Notes under the pieces: generated by a model
What the model was told of the DNA's origin: nothing
What the model saw: only the letters and a program-made list of their open reading frames with translations
The model's database searches: none
Origin: Eledone cirrhosa
Lineage: Eukaryota
Length of the DNA stretch: 64,000 bases
Assembly (NCBI GenBank): GCA_964016885.1
Contig: OZ024742.1
Span: forward strand, 41,664,001 to 41,728,000
Reading direction: 5' to 3'
Program-made: the position numbers and the translations under genes
In this document: positions 11,693 to 23,340 of the stretch, piece after piece
How the letters are laid out: every line of letters begins with the position of its first letter
How positions within the stretch are numbered: position 1 is the first letter of the stretch

Positions 11693-13580
11693 ATATATAT
11701 ATATATATAAATTTTGAGTATATGTTGGTTGTTTACCGACACCTTAGTATGCAGATTGGAGCACTCGACGAAGTACGCAGGTTGGTTTGTTTACCCCGGA
11801 GTAATGTAAAATAATTAAGTCAAATATGTAAAATTTGGCTTCGTTTATTATAAATTTCGATATACTGCTATATATATTTCGGTGACAGCCATCATTGGCT
11901 GTGACCTCTTCGGGCAGTCCGAATTGGTGTGGAAAAGACAGATACACATGTTGAAGTGTATTTTACTCCGTCAATACATCGATATGTCCAACTCCTGGTT
12001 GTGTTGTTATTCCTCTGAAGAACTGGAATCATATGAATTAGAACAAACGAATTTCGGCGTGATAGGACACGCTCGCACCCCATTGGTCAGTTGTGAGAAC
12101 ATTCCTCAGTCAAAAGTCTATAGAAATTTTTCTGAGGCAAGTCAATCTGTTATAGTTGTTTTGTCCGAATGTTTAAGTACAGTTGGCCCCCTCCATTGTG
12201 TTGATAGTGGTAGTGGTGTTAAGGGGTCAGCTGGCAGGTTAGCTTTAGTTTGCTGCTGCTATCTTCTGAAGAATTTATGTTGTAGGCTGGTATCTATCCT
12301 GCCACCATTTCACGTAGTGGGGGATGCCAAATAAGTAAAATATCAAAATTTAAAAGATTTGAAATATTTTTCAAATCTTTCAAATTTTGATATATTATAA
12401 ATTATAGATATATATTTTCAACAGTAATACTATACTATATATTTTCAACAGTGATACTGTACTGTACTATATATTTTCAACAGTAATACTGTACTGTACT
12501 ATATATTTTCAACAGTAATACTGTACTATATATTTGCAACATTAATACTGTACTATATATTTATACTATATATTTTCAACAGTAATACTGTACTATATAT
12601 TTTCAACAGTAATACTATACTATATATTTTCAACAGTAATACTATACTATATATTTTCAACAGTAATACTCTACTATATATTTTCAACAGTAATACTGTA
12701 CTATACTATATATTTTCAACAGTAATACTATACTATATATTTTCAACAGTAATACTGTACTATATATTTTAAACAGTAATACTATACTATATATTTTCAA
12801 CAGTAATACTATACTATATATTTTCAACAGTAATACTGTACTATACTATATATTTTCAACAGTGATACTATACTATATATTTTCAACAGTAATACTATAC
12901 TATATATTTTCAACAGTGATACTATACTATATATTTTCAACAGTAATACTGTACTATACTATATATTTTCAACAGTAATACTGTACTATACTATATATTT
13001 TCAACAGTGATACTATACTATATATTTTCAACAGTAATACTATACTATATATTTTCAACAGTGATACTATACTATATATTTTCAACAGTAATACTGTACT
13101 ATACTATATATTTTCAACAGTAATACTATACTATATATTTTCAACAGTAATACTATACTATATATTTTCAACAGTAATACTATACTATACATTTTCAACA
13201 GTAATACTATACTATATTATATATTTTCAGCAGTAATACCGTACTATATATTTTCAACAGTAATACTGTACTATACTATATATTTTCAACAGTAATACTA
13301 TACCATATATTTTTAACAGTAATACTATACTATATGTTTTCAACAATAATATTATACTATATATTTTCAACAGTAATACTATACTATACATTTTCAACAG
13401 TAATACTGTACTATACTATATATTTTCAATAGTAATACCGTACTATATATTTTCAACAGTAATACTATACTATACTATATATTTTCAACAGTAATACCGT
13501 ACTATATATTTTCAACAGTAATACTGTACTATACTATATATTTTCAACAGTAATACTATACTATATATTTTCAACAGTAA

Positions 13581-15185
13581 TCTATATCTATATATATATA
13601 TATAAAACGGAAGATGCCTGTGTGTGTATGATTTTTATGTATTTCCACATTTCTCTACCGATTTTGATGATTTTTTCCCAATGTGCTCCAAATATACCAA
13701 CGATGGTCAACGCGTAATAAACTTTGCCAAAAGTTTCCTGCTTCTATGAAAAAAATCGATAAAACTAAATACATGCTGTAACCCTCTCTCTTACACGCTT
13801 AATTCCTCTCTCTACTACCCTCAACAATCTATGAAACTACATACATGTTGCAACTCTCTTTAAAAGGTTCATCCCTCCCTCTACTCCCTTCTCAATCTCC
13901 TCTGCAACTCTCTTTAAAAGATTAATGCCTCCCTCTACTACCCTATCACCATTACTGTTTACAACAGTGACAAAACTTCGTTCAGGAAAGCGACATAAAC
14001 TTTGAAAACTAAGCAACACATCAATTTATACAACAACAAACATAGCTTTACTCTCTCCGTCGCTCTTCCCTCTCTCTATAATAGATTATTCACCCTCTCT
14101 ATAATTTAACTGCTTTACTCTCTTCATGCTTTGAGGTTTAACACACGTCCCTATAATTTCTTAGTTTTACTCTCTCCGTCGCTCTTCCCTCTCTCTATAA
14201 TAGATCATTCCCCTTCTCTATAATTTAACTGCTTTACTCTCTCTGTCGTTCTGTAATCTCTATATGACAACACTGTTTTATACACCTCCTTATAGTTTCT
14301 TAGCTTTACTCTCTCCGTCGCTCTTCCCTCTCTCTATAGTAGATTATTCCCCCTCTCTATAATTTAACTGCTAGGGGAGTAATTGGAGTTCCGTATTGAC
14401 ATACGGCTTTTCTGGGGTATTTTAAATCAGCTTATTGCAAATAACGACCCGCAAAATAACACTTCATATAACAGATTAATGCTATAGACATATGAATCGG
14501 AATGTTTAAATTATTTATTTTTTACGACTTTAATTGGTTAAATATTAATATGACAACACCCATAGTGTTGTACTTCTGGCAATTCTGCCGAATACACTGC
14601 CAAGGATGAACCTTTTCCCCTCAGCGTCAGATATCCCGTTCGATTTCCGGCGATCCCAATTCCCGGTGAGACCATGTTTTGCCATGTCCATTAACAAGTC
14701 ACAAGGGAAAACATTGTCGGTGGCGGGCATCCATTTGGGGGAGCCATGCTTCTCCCATGGCCAACTTTATGTTGCCTGTTCCCGCGTAGGGAGCAGGAAT
14801 GGACTTTTTGCTTACACTCCTCAAGGGATGACATCCAATATCGTCTACAAAGAGGTGCTATAGATGTTGGTGCAGGTGTTGGAGGTGTTGGAGCTATGCC
14901 GTCTGGAAAACTATTTCCTGGTAGGGTCACCCATGGCGGACAGATTTGACACCCAGCGGCATCAGGGCCACCATCTTGCAACTTTGGTCTGCTAAATTCG
15001 CTATTGGAAGATTATTAACACATCATTGATTGTCCAAAATGCTAATTGGTTCGTAACTTTTAATAACCGGTTCAACTGCTTTATGCACTTAATTGATAAG
15101 CTTATTCGCTTTCAAGCCACGTTTACTGTATGTAACTTTTCATAGCAAATGAACAAACCCGAGCAACCCCGGGCTAAACTGCTAG
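13581..15185 (+). mobile_element. Non-autonomous Helitron
   Basis: 5' TC, 3' hairpin cccgagcaaccccggg then CTAG; inserted at A|T (cagtaa|tactatac) without TSD; holds a helicase remnant and three ~120-135 bp internal repeats (14040-14375). Confidence 0.92.
14590..14863 (+). pseudogene. C-terminal remnant of Helitron Pif1-type helicase
   Basis: LPRMNLFPS...FRRSQFPVRPCFAMSINKSQGKTL...CFSHGQLYVACSRV...NIVYKEVL*. Confidence 0.93.
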
Positions 15186-15644
15186 TACTATACTATATAT
15201 TTTCAACAGTAATACTATACTATATATTTTCAACGGTAATACTATACTATACTATATATTTCCAACAGTAATACTATACTATATATTTTCAACAGTAATA
15301 CTATACTATACTATACTATATGTATTCAACAGTCATACTATAATACACAGACGGCTTATCGTCTGTTTATCCAGGCGAAGCTATGTACGTCAGGTATATA
15401 TATATATGGATGCCGTAGAACACACCAATGGCAGCCGGGCGCCAGTCGGACGGGCCAGTTAGTAGATATATAATGCTGAACAATGAGAAAAATTAGACAA
15501 GGTGTAGTAATTAAATATTCTACTGTTTTACGCACGTTTCAGAAGACAAAGAAAATTCGATTTTGCCTCGAAAAAACACACCCCTTTTGCTGTAAGACAA
15601 GTAATTAAACAACAATGAAGAAGATAAATTATATCTATATATGT

Positions 15645-16060
15645 ATGTATGCAAGCCACGAAAACCGTATAAGAACTGCCTAAAAGGCACAATTAAAAAG
15701 TTCAATATCGATACTAGCACATGGAAAGATAGAGTGGAGTGGAGAAAACTGATTGTAACTAGTGCTATAAAATTCGAAAACACCCAAATTGAATATGCTG
15801 AGTTGAAACGAGCTGGTAAGTATATGGAAGACGTTAACCCCACCCCCATCCCTTCTTCCTGAGTAGGGAACGAAAGAATCTGTTTCGTGTGACGAACGTG
15901 GCCGAGTTTGCTTTTCCAAGTCAGGCCTAATTAGACACAAATGGCATCTTAGAAACAACACAGTCTACCAATGTGACATCAGGTTGATCTTTCTTGCAGT
16001 GTCTGTAACCAACTATGTAGGTCAACCAGTGGACTCACTCGGTATTACAAATCTCGGCAT
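15645..16060 (+). mobile_element. 3' end of a decayed RTE/BovB-like LINE
   Basis: PRKPYKNCLKGTIKKFNIDTSTW...DRVEWRKLI followed by degenerate C2H2 motifs (CDERGRVCFSKSGLIRH). Confidence 0.7.
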
Positions 16061-16109
16061 CTTGAAAGGTAAGCTGCTGTAGGAAAACTTACACGTAAGC
16101 ACAGTCTAT

Positions 16110-16530
16110 CTTGCCGCCTGAATGCCAAGTGAGCTTTGGAACCGTCTGGGTTGTCCAGAATTGATGGGAAAAGAACTGACGATTCTACCCTGTGCCCCTT
16201 GTGAAGGGGCAGGTGCCTTATCTGAGACGTCACAGTTAGTGACTCTTTTGCTTTTTCCCACATCTTGGATGCTGCGGTTAGGGCGAGAGCTACAGCTTTC
16301 GTAGCCGAACGGAACAAAATCCTGAAATGCTGTCATCTTTCGGTTAACTACATTTTCCAGTCTGTGACGTTCGAGGCGTTGCGAGGTCCTTATGTTCACT
16401 GGCAGTTCACTTAACCGAGGTAACTGGTGATGCTCGTTAAGGCGCTTGGTTGTGCCAGCGCATCAGCCTCGCCATCACCCGAGATAACGCTGCGAGCGTG
16501 CTGGCTTACCTAAAAAATTATTAGAGAGGT
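16110..16530 (+). mobile_element. Restriction-like endonuclease domain remnant of a CRE-like non-LTR retrotransposon
   Basis: Hand translation LEPSGLSRIDGKRTDDSTLCPL*RGRCLI*DVTVSDSFA...FQSVTFEALRG...QRISLAITRDNAASVL fits the GKRPDG/WD.T/QRGNA pattern. Confidence 0.8.
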
Positions 16531-16815
16531 TATCCAGTGCTCCTCGCGATATCGTTATCTTTTGTTCTGGCAGTAGTTCGTTTGTCCACCCCTTTCACCT
16601 GTCTTTTGTTGTATGTGGTCCTAGATGTATGTATTACCTGCTTGCGTCTTTTTTTTCTCTTTCTTTTTTCCTTTCCCTTTTTTTTCTTTTTTTCTCTTTT
16701 TATTTGTAATATTATGTTCACGGTTACACTTTAAAAAATATACATTATATAATTATATGCCCACACACAAACATATCTATACGTATAAAACCACATAAAC
16801 AGATACTATATGTCA

Positions 16816-16865
<50 letters not shown>

Positions 16866-16956
16866 CGAAGGAAATGTGGTAAGGAACCAGGTGGACCATA
16901 ACGCACCAAAGTACTCAATACTTAGGGTAGTAGAGTGGGTAATAGGAACGAGTAGG

Positions 16957-17052
16957 ACCCCGACGGCTGAGCTCAAGCCGTTTCGACGGCTAATTCTGGA
17001 CTAAATGAAAATTTTTATCCTGGTATATGAATAGCCGAGCTTCTCAGGGGGT
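16957..17052 (-). ncRNA. Type I hammerhead-like motif with atypical core CUGAGAA, GUC site
   Basis: ACCCC-CTGAGAA-g..CGGCTA TTC...GAA tTAGCCG tc-GAA-ACGGC ttgagctca GCCGT-C-GGGGT. Confidence 0.72.
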
Positions 17053-17462
17053 AATTCCATATATGGTAAAAATGATTGTCACAAGGATTGGTCAAAAGTT
17101 TGTTGTTGAGACACATAATTCTATCATGGTAATTTGTGGAAGGAAGGGGTAGCTGAACCTGCCAGTAGAAGAAAGAGGGAGAGGGGTGGAGGAAACCCAG
17201 TCGTGCATTGATAGTGCCAACTACAGCAGGGCAGGAGGTCAAGGAAGTAAACTAGGGAGGGGGAGGGGAGGAAGTCGAAACAATAAGTAAAACAATATGG
17301 GGTAAATATATAGAAAAATACCGAGAATGTTAAAAAAAACAATTAAATACTGGCAGGTTCAGCTACCCCTTCCTTCCACAAATTGCCATGATAGAATTAT
17401 GTGTCTCAACAACAAACTTTTGACCAATCCTTGTGACAATCACTTTTACCATATATGGAATT

Positions 17463-17558
17463 ACCTCCTGAGAAGCTCGGCTATTCATATACCAGGATAA
17501 AAATGTTCATTTAGTCCAGAATTAGCCGTCGAAACGGCTTGAGCTCAGCCGTCGGGGT
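17463..17558 (+). ncRNA. Second copy of the CUGAGAA hammerhead-like motif
   Basis: Inverted duplicate of 16957-17052. Confidence 0.7.
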
Positions 17559-17569
17559 CCTACTCGTTG

Positions 17570-17614
<45 letters not shown>

Positions 17615-18839
17615 TTGTGTGCAGTAGTGGATGCATTGTGTGAGGGTAACACAAGCTCTCGCCACGTTACTAATTCTACTTAACTTCCTGGTAATGAAAG
17701 GAGTATTGAATATTATTAGGTTAATCATTTGCATAATCTTCAAATTTTTTCTTCTCTCGATTGTCTTTAAGCTTCAGGGATTACTGTCTATGTGCAAATT
17801 ACCCTTCATCCACATAAAACACTAGAAGCAGTCCTTTATTTTTATTTTAAACATTTTGACTCCAATCCACTTGTTTATGACACAAATTTGTGAGAAATTT
17901 AGTTAACTTGCGTTTGTTCCAAATACCAGATAAATCAGAAAGTTATATTGCTAAATCCCTCCAATTTCTTATTTTCAAAATTATTTGAAAATCATAGGCA
18001 GTATTTTTCATTAGAAATATAGAAATGGAAGTGCTAGATAAGTAAAACCATAAGACGTAATTGTTATTTATGCCAATATAGGATAGTTGTGTTTGATGTT
18101 CTTGCTGTTAAGCCACAGGTCAACTGATTAATACAGTGGATAATTTAGTCCTTAGATACACTGTTTAAGCTAATCACAGATAGAATATCTCTGATCATAG
18201 ACCTCATCCATTAGACATAAGACCAAAGGGAATCCATCCTTAACCATGTGTTTTTTTTTCTTTCCCAAACAGTAGTACTCTTTTTCTAAGGTGATTTTAT
18301 TTGAGGGAAATTTAGGTGTTAATCCTAAGAGGTCGTTCAACTACATAAAGGCTCCTATGAGTAACTTTCTCATTGGCTCCCTCGTGTGACTCACGGCCAG
18401 CTTGATGGCTCCTTCATCGGCTCGTGGCTCCCTCTTTGGTCACTTCGCTGGCTACCTCGTTGATCCTGCGAACAAAACTGCAAAGGCATTTCCACGGACA
18501 ATAGCCAGTGACACTCGCTGCAGCAGCCACCCACTTCACAGGGCTCCTTCCTCCGACGAGCTGCTGACATACCAATCTTGTGGAGGAGCTCGGCAGTATG
18601 GGGTCCGAGGACGCCTGAGGTCTCGACGGCGAACTGTGCGAAGAGGTAGCAGCTGGATAATCCCCGATATTTATTTATCTTCCTGTCCTCTGCATTGCGA
18701 GCCGGGGTTTGTGGTCTAAGCGACTAAGTTGGAGGCAGAGAACGTGTCACATGTAGCGTCCCAGATGAGGGATCTACCTGCTTCGAATGGAAAGAGGGTA
18801 ATTCTGTCGGGACGCTTGTCGTCTGTGCATCGATGCCAG

Positions 18840-19040
18840 CAGGCTATATGTACGAACAGTAAAACAAAGAATCAGGTGTATCTGGAAAATTTTTTACTAT
18901 TTTTTTTCTTTCTCACACACACACACCACGGTTTCGCCTCATATTGTAAACTAAACAACACATCCAATATAGTCGTTTTCTCTTCTACAAGTTTTCTTTT
19001 ATCATCTGTTTACCCGGGCGAAGCTGGGTACCTCAGCTAG
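18840..19040 (+). mobile_element. Helitron 3' end
   Basis: Hairpin cccgggcgaagctggg then tacctcagCTAG|T; 5' limit uncertain. Confidence 0.65.
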
Positions 19041-19266
19041 TTAAAAATAAAGGTAAAAGAAACTTATAGGAGTGAAGAGGTTATCAAATAAAAATACGTA
19101 AACATTACGATCCTCAATCTGCACAGTGAGCATATACTGATCGTTAGGATTACAAGTATATATGAGCATTAAAGACGTATTATGTATGTTAACCCAAATT
19201 AGTGTGTATATGGACACTAGTTTGGGTTAATCATAGAAAAAGCATATAACGATATGTGCTTTTACG

Positions 19267-19362
19267 ATTCTCCAGAAAGGCCGGTAGATAGGTAAATATT
19301 GCTGATGAGTTGTAACAACAACGAAACTAGTTCAATGTTCCTTGTCTGGCTTTCTGGAGAAT
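19267..19362 (+). ncRNA. Type I hammerhead ribozyme with extended stem I, GUU site
   Basis: AATATTG-CTGATGA-GTTG taacaa CAAC-GAA-ACTAGT-T-CAATGTT, closed distally by attctccagaaag/ctttctggagaat (13 bp). Confidence 0.85.
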
Positions 19363-19628
19363 AGAGGAAAGGTGTTTCCTCGAAAACCAGTATGACTCTA
19401 AAAACCGGTTTGTCTGTGTGTTTACATACAGAATAGCTGGGTTGCTCACGGTAAAGTAACCAGTGAAAGACTTGTTACATCTACATATGTATACGTGTGT
19501 GTATTCATATGCACACTAGTATTTCAGTATACATATGTAGATGTACATTTTTAACTTAATTGTTTAAGCGTCAGTCATACAAAAGTGAGTTACAAACGAA
19601 ACGAAATTTAATTTCGTTTCGTTGTTTG

Positions 19629-19693
<65 letters not shown>

Positions 19694-19698
<5 letters not shown>

Positions 19699-20168
19699 AC
19701 GTCAAAACGGCCGGTCGCAAAAGTGAAATTAATTTTTGATAGTTACGTACACGTTATAAGAGTTATTTAAATTTATATATATAAAATAAAGGAGCAAATA
19801 AGAGCATGATATGAAGTCAGTCATGTGTGTGTGTATATATGTGTGTGTGTGTGTGTGTGTGTAAACGAATGTAAAAGAATATATGTAGGGCATAGATCAG
19901 GTTTCCTAGAATTTTACACACACACACATATATACACACACAAGTGTATATATTATACTGTGTATGTGTGCATATATAAGTGTATATGTGTGTGTATTTT
20001 TACATTCGTTTACACACACACACATATATACACACACACATGACTGACTTCATATCATGCTCTTATTTGCTCCTTCATTTTATATATATAAATTTAAATA
20101 ACTCTTATAACGTGTACGTAACTATCAAAAATTAGGTTCACTTCTGCGACAGGCCGTTTTGACGTATG

Positions 20169-20170
<2 letters not shown>
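19694..20170. repeat. Fold-back insertion with ~135-bp inverted arms between (TA)n tracts
   Basis: 19694-19830 is the reverse complement of 20035-20170. Confidence 0.9.
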
Positions 20171-20248
<78 letters not shown>

Positions 20249-20457
20249 TATATAAATATAAATTTAGCGAGAATCGCATTTCGGCGGGTAGAAATTAGCG
20301 AAACGCAACTTCCGTATTGTGTAGACAAGCGCTCCATGGATATGAAGATACCAGAGCTATAAACATAAGTTAAAAAGGTCATACACACTGAGACGATGGT
20401 TAAGAAGCCATTAACCACCAGAGCCAAAAAAGCGAACAAGCTAAACGGGTCAAACAA

Positions 20458-20485
<28 letters not shown>

Positions 20486-20493
<8 letters not shown>

Positions 20494-21141
20494 ATAAATT
20501 AACGGAGGCATAGGCCGTCGTTATTCCCTGTAAATAATGTGCTCAAAGGGGAAGAGATCCTGAGCCCTTTAAAATATAATATGTTGAGAAGGTAACACAC
20601 CAGAGAGAGATATATAGTGCGTTATCAATAATACAGGGAAAAAACCACCAGTGTATGGAATCTATAACCTATGAAAGGCAGACTATAGACACGATAATTA
20701 AAAATATAAATTAAAGCGTAAATAAATGCCTCTATAACTATATAACACACGTACAAATCCAAAGATATGTTTCACCAGAAAATTTGTTGAAAGAAATGGT
20801 CTAGTCTCGGTTCATCAGCGTGTGTAAGGCCATACATCTCAGACAACACTAAGAGAATTTTACAATTGACTGTCCAGCTACACGTGGGAGAGAGAAGTCA
20901 CAGCGTGTTTAAGGGCAGTGAACCAGTGGCCTCTGAGAGACGAACTGCTAAAAAGGGCAGCCCAAAGCCACTCAGAGAAGTGTGCTCAACCAAACAGAGA
21001 TAGGAAAGACTGTTGTTAGGAGCGAAATATCACGATAAATTAACGGAGGCATAGGCCGTCGTTATTCCCTGTAAATAATGTGTTCAAAGGGGAAGAGATC
21101 CTGAGCCCTTTAAAATATAATATGTTGAGAAGGTAACACAC
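20486..21141 (-). mobile_element. Retrozyme-like unit: 541-bp monomer plus ~115-bp terminal direct repeat
   Basis: atatcacgataaattaacggagg...aggtaacacac occurs at 20486 and 21027; no ORF; internal hammerhead; (TA)n flanks. Confidence 0.78.
20745..20825 (-). ncRNA. Type I hammerhead ribozyme, GUA site
   Basis: ACACACG-CTGATGA-ACCgAGA...TCTGGT-GAA-ACAtATC tttg GATtTGT-A-CGTGTGT. Confidence 0.85.
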
Positions 21142-21161
21142 ATATATATATTGAGAAGGTA

Positions 21162-21216
<55 letters not shown>

Positions 21217-21700
21217 TATTTGATGAACATTTACATGTTTTAGTTGTAATTGACTAATAAGATCACTAGAGTGAAAAATCTTAATTCAACAACATAAGGT
21301 CTGCCTGTACGATCTAGAAAATAATAAATCAATACTCACAGACTCATATGGGCAAAAAGCCTTGGTACCAAGACACGTTTAAAATTCAAAATACAAACTT
21401 TTTCCGCAGATCGGTCAGAACTTCAAACTTCAAACATGTTTCACAAAGGATGGTATAATAGTAAAATAATTAACTAATTAGCAGTGAGTTAATCAACTTT
21501 TTCTGTGTTTATCAATAGGTACCCAGATAAAAATAAAATAACTCTACCTCAGAAAAATATCTAAGGTCTGGTTAGCGTAGCGAAAATACACGAGGTTTTG
21601 CACACGGCTTATTCCAGTCCTCTAACGTCCCACACATAGTGCTAGAAATAACAGCCGTTTATATGGGATTACAAAATTCAGCTCATCTGGGGGAGCAGTG

Positions 21701-21761
21701 ATAAATAGCTTAGAGTTTAGACTCAAAGAGGTAAATGACCTCTTTGAGTCTAAACTCTAAG

Positions 21762-21769
<8 letters not shown>
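21701..21769. repeat. Perfect hairpin, 32-bp arms and 5-nt loop, abutting (TA)n
   Basis: ataaatagcttagagtttagactcaaagaggt-aaatg-acctctttgagtctaaactctaagctatttat. Confidence 0.95.
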
Positions 21770-21837
<68 letters not shown>

Positions 21838-22047
21838 TTTATTTTGTTTTGACCTGTTTAGCTTGATTTGGTTTTGGGGTTGGGTGGTTAATGTCTTCTT
21901 GGCCACCTTTTCAGTTTTGTATGGTTTCTTAACACATTGTTTAGCTCTGGTTTTTAACTATTGAGCACTTTGCCAGTATCATTTCTGATATTTGCGTTTC
22001 GCTTCGCTTTTCCTGCCCGCCGAAATGCGATTCTCGCTGAATCTTTA

Positions 22048-22079
<32 letters not shown>

Positions 22080-22086
<7 letters not shown>

Positions 22087-22285
22087 TAAAATAACAGATT
22101 AAAGTTTAAGCAAAGAATCGCTGCTTTAACGGGATCTTCTGAAACTAACAAAGTCAATCTGTAAACGCAGAAGTGGATATTTCAAAAAACGTTGCAACCG
22201 GAGTTGCAACCGGTTCTTATATATTTGATGTATATTTATCCTTATCGAGCCCTCTTTGGATTTTAGTCTTCAAATTTATTATTAT

Positions 22286-22290
<5 letters not shown>
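22080..22290. mobile_element. Short rearranged pLTR fragment of PLE-A
   Basis: 22081-22203 matches 7190-7318 (hammerhead with a 7-nt deletion); 22215-22290 is the reverse complement of 7101-7172. Confidence 0.85.
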
Positions 22291-22337
<47 letters not shown>

Positions 22338-22448
22338 AGAAAAAAATGAAATGAAATTTCATTTCCCACTCTTAGTACGGCTGTTACTTAAATATAAGTA
22401 TGTACACTTACATACATATATGTATACAGACGTACAGTAGTATGTATA

Positions 22449-23340
22449 GTGAACTCTGTACAAGAACGAATTTCGAGAATTTCAGCTAATAAGAATATAT
22501 TTGATGAAAAAGCACATTATTACAACGAAGCGTTAGGTAGAGATGGGTATAGAAATAAAATTAAATACATCGATAATAATAATAATATAACAACTAACCA
22601 TAATCGTAACAATTTTAACTATGGTAACAATTTTAACAAGTATAATAGAAAACCTTACATTAATTCCGAAAGCCGAAAAAGAAATAGAACTAGGAACATA
22701 TTATGGTTCGCTCCTCCTTTCTCATTAAATATTAAAACCCCTATTGCTAAACTATTTTTTAAAGCTCTTGACAAATGCTTCCCTAGAACACATAGACATT
22801 ACTCAATTTTTAATAGACATACTATAAAATTAGCTTATTCTTCCACCAAAAATTTAGCGCAAAATATTAATAGAATTAATAATAGAAATTTAAAACCTAA
22901 CTAAAATACCAATAATAACCCAAGCAATATTCAATCTGATAAATGTAACTGTAGAAATAAATCTAACTGTCCGTTAAATAACAATTGCTTAGCTAAAAAT
23001 GTAGTATATAATTGTAACGTAAAATTCATTTAATTATGTGGGATCTACTTCCACAGAGTTTAAATCCCGCTTCAATAATCATAAAAATTATTTTACAGAT
23101 CCAAACAAAAAATCTTCAACTTCTCTATCTAGCCTATTATGGGACCTAAAACTAAAGAACGTTGAATATTCGTTGATTTGGAATATTATTTCGTAAGCTA
23201 CTCCTTTTAACTCCTCTTCAGAAAATTGCGATCTTTGTATAGAGGAAATATTCTTTATATTAAAGACCAAAAATTCCCTGAACTTAAGGAATAATTTATT
23301 CAGTTGCTGCAGACATATAATTAAACTCAACGCTTAAATA
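22449..23340 (+). pseudogene. 5'-truncated Penelope-like element PLE-D (RT thumb + GIY-YIG), decayed
   Basis: RISRISANKNIF...YYNEAL, ILWFAPPFS, IFNRHTIKLAYS, then CNCRNKSNCPLNNNC, YVGST, CDLCIEE, SCCRH with stops. Confidence 0.9.

Larger units (their letters stand above)
12405..15345. repeat. 27/32-bp AT-rich minisatellite, interrupted by a Helitron
   Basis: Unit tatatattttcaacagtaatactatac with optional extra tgtac/tatac at ~12405-13580, resuming at 15186-15345. Confidence 0.97.
16863..17570. mobile_element. pLTR-like hammerhead element inserted as an inverted pair between (TA)n tracts
   Basis: 16945-17172 is the near-perfect reverse complement of 17348-17570. Confidence 0.85.

Noticed and set aside
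11710-12335. 150-aa ORF (11882-12334) and two CTGAAGA motifs
   Set aside because: No recognisable domain and no matching GAAA-stem III; left as unclassified repeat-like DNA.
12405-13580. Regular ~30-bp repeats resembling a CRISPR array
   Set aside because: No unique spacers, no cas genes, eukaryotic context: a minisatellite.
18390-18830. GC-rich segment with a 105-aa ORF
   Set aside because: No motif I can identify; likely a retroelement remnant.
21200-21700. Stem-rich insert with CAGATGA and GAAACATGTT fragments
   Set aside because: No consistent three-stem junction could be built by hand; probably another pLTR-type fragment.
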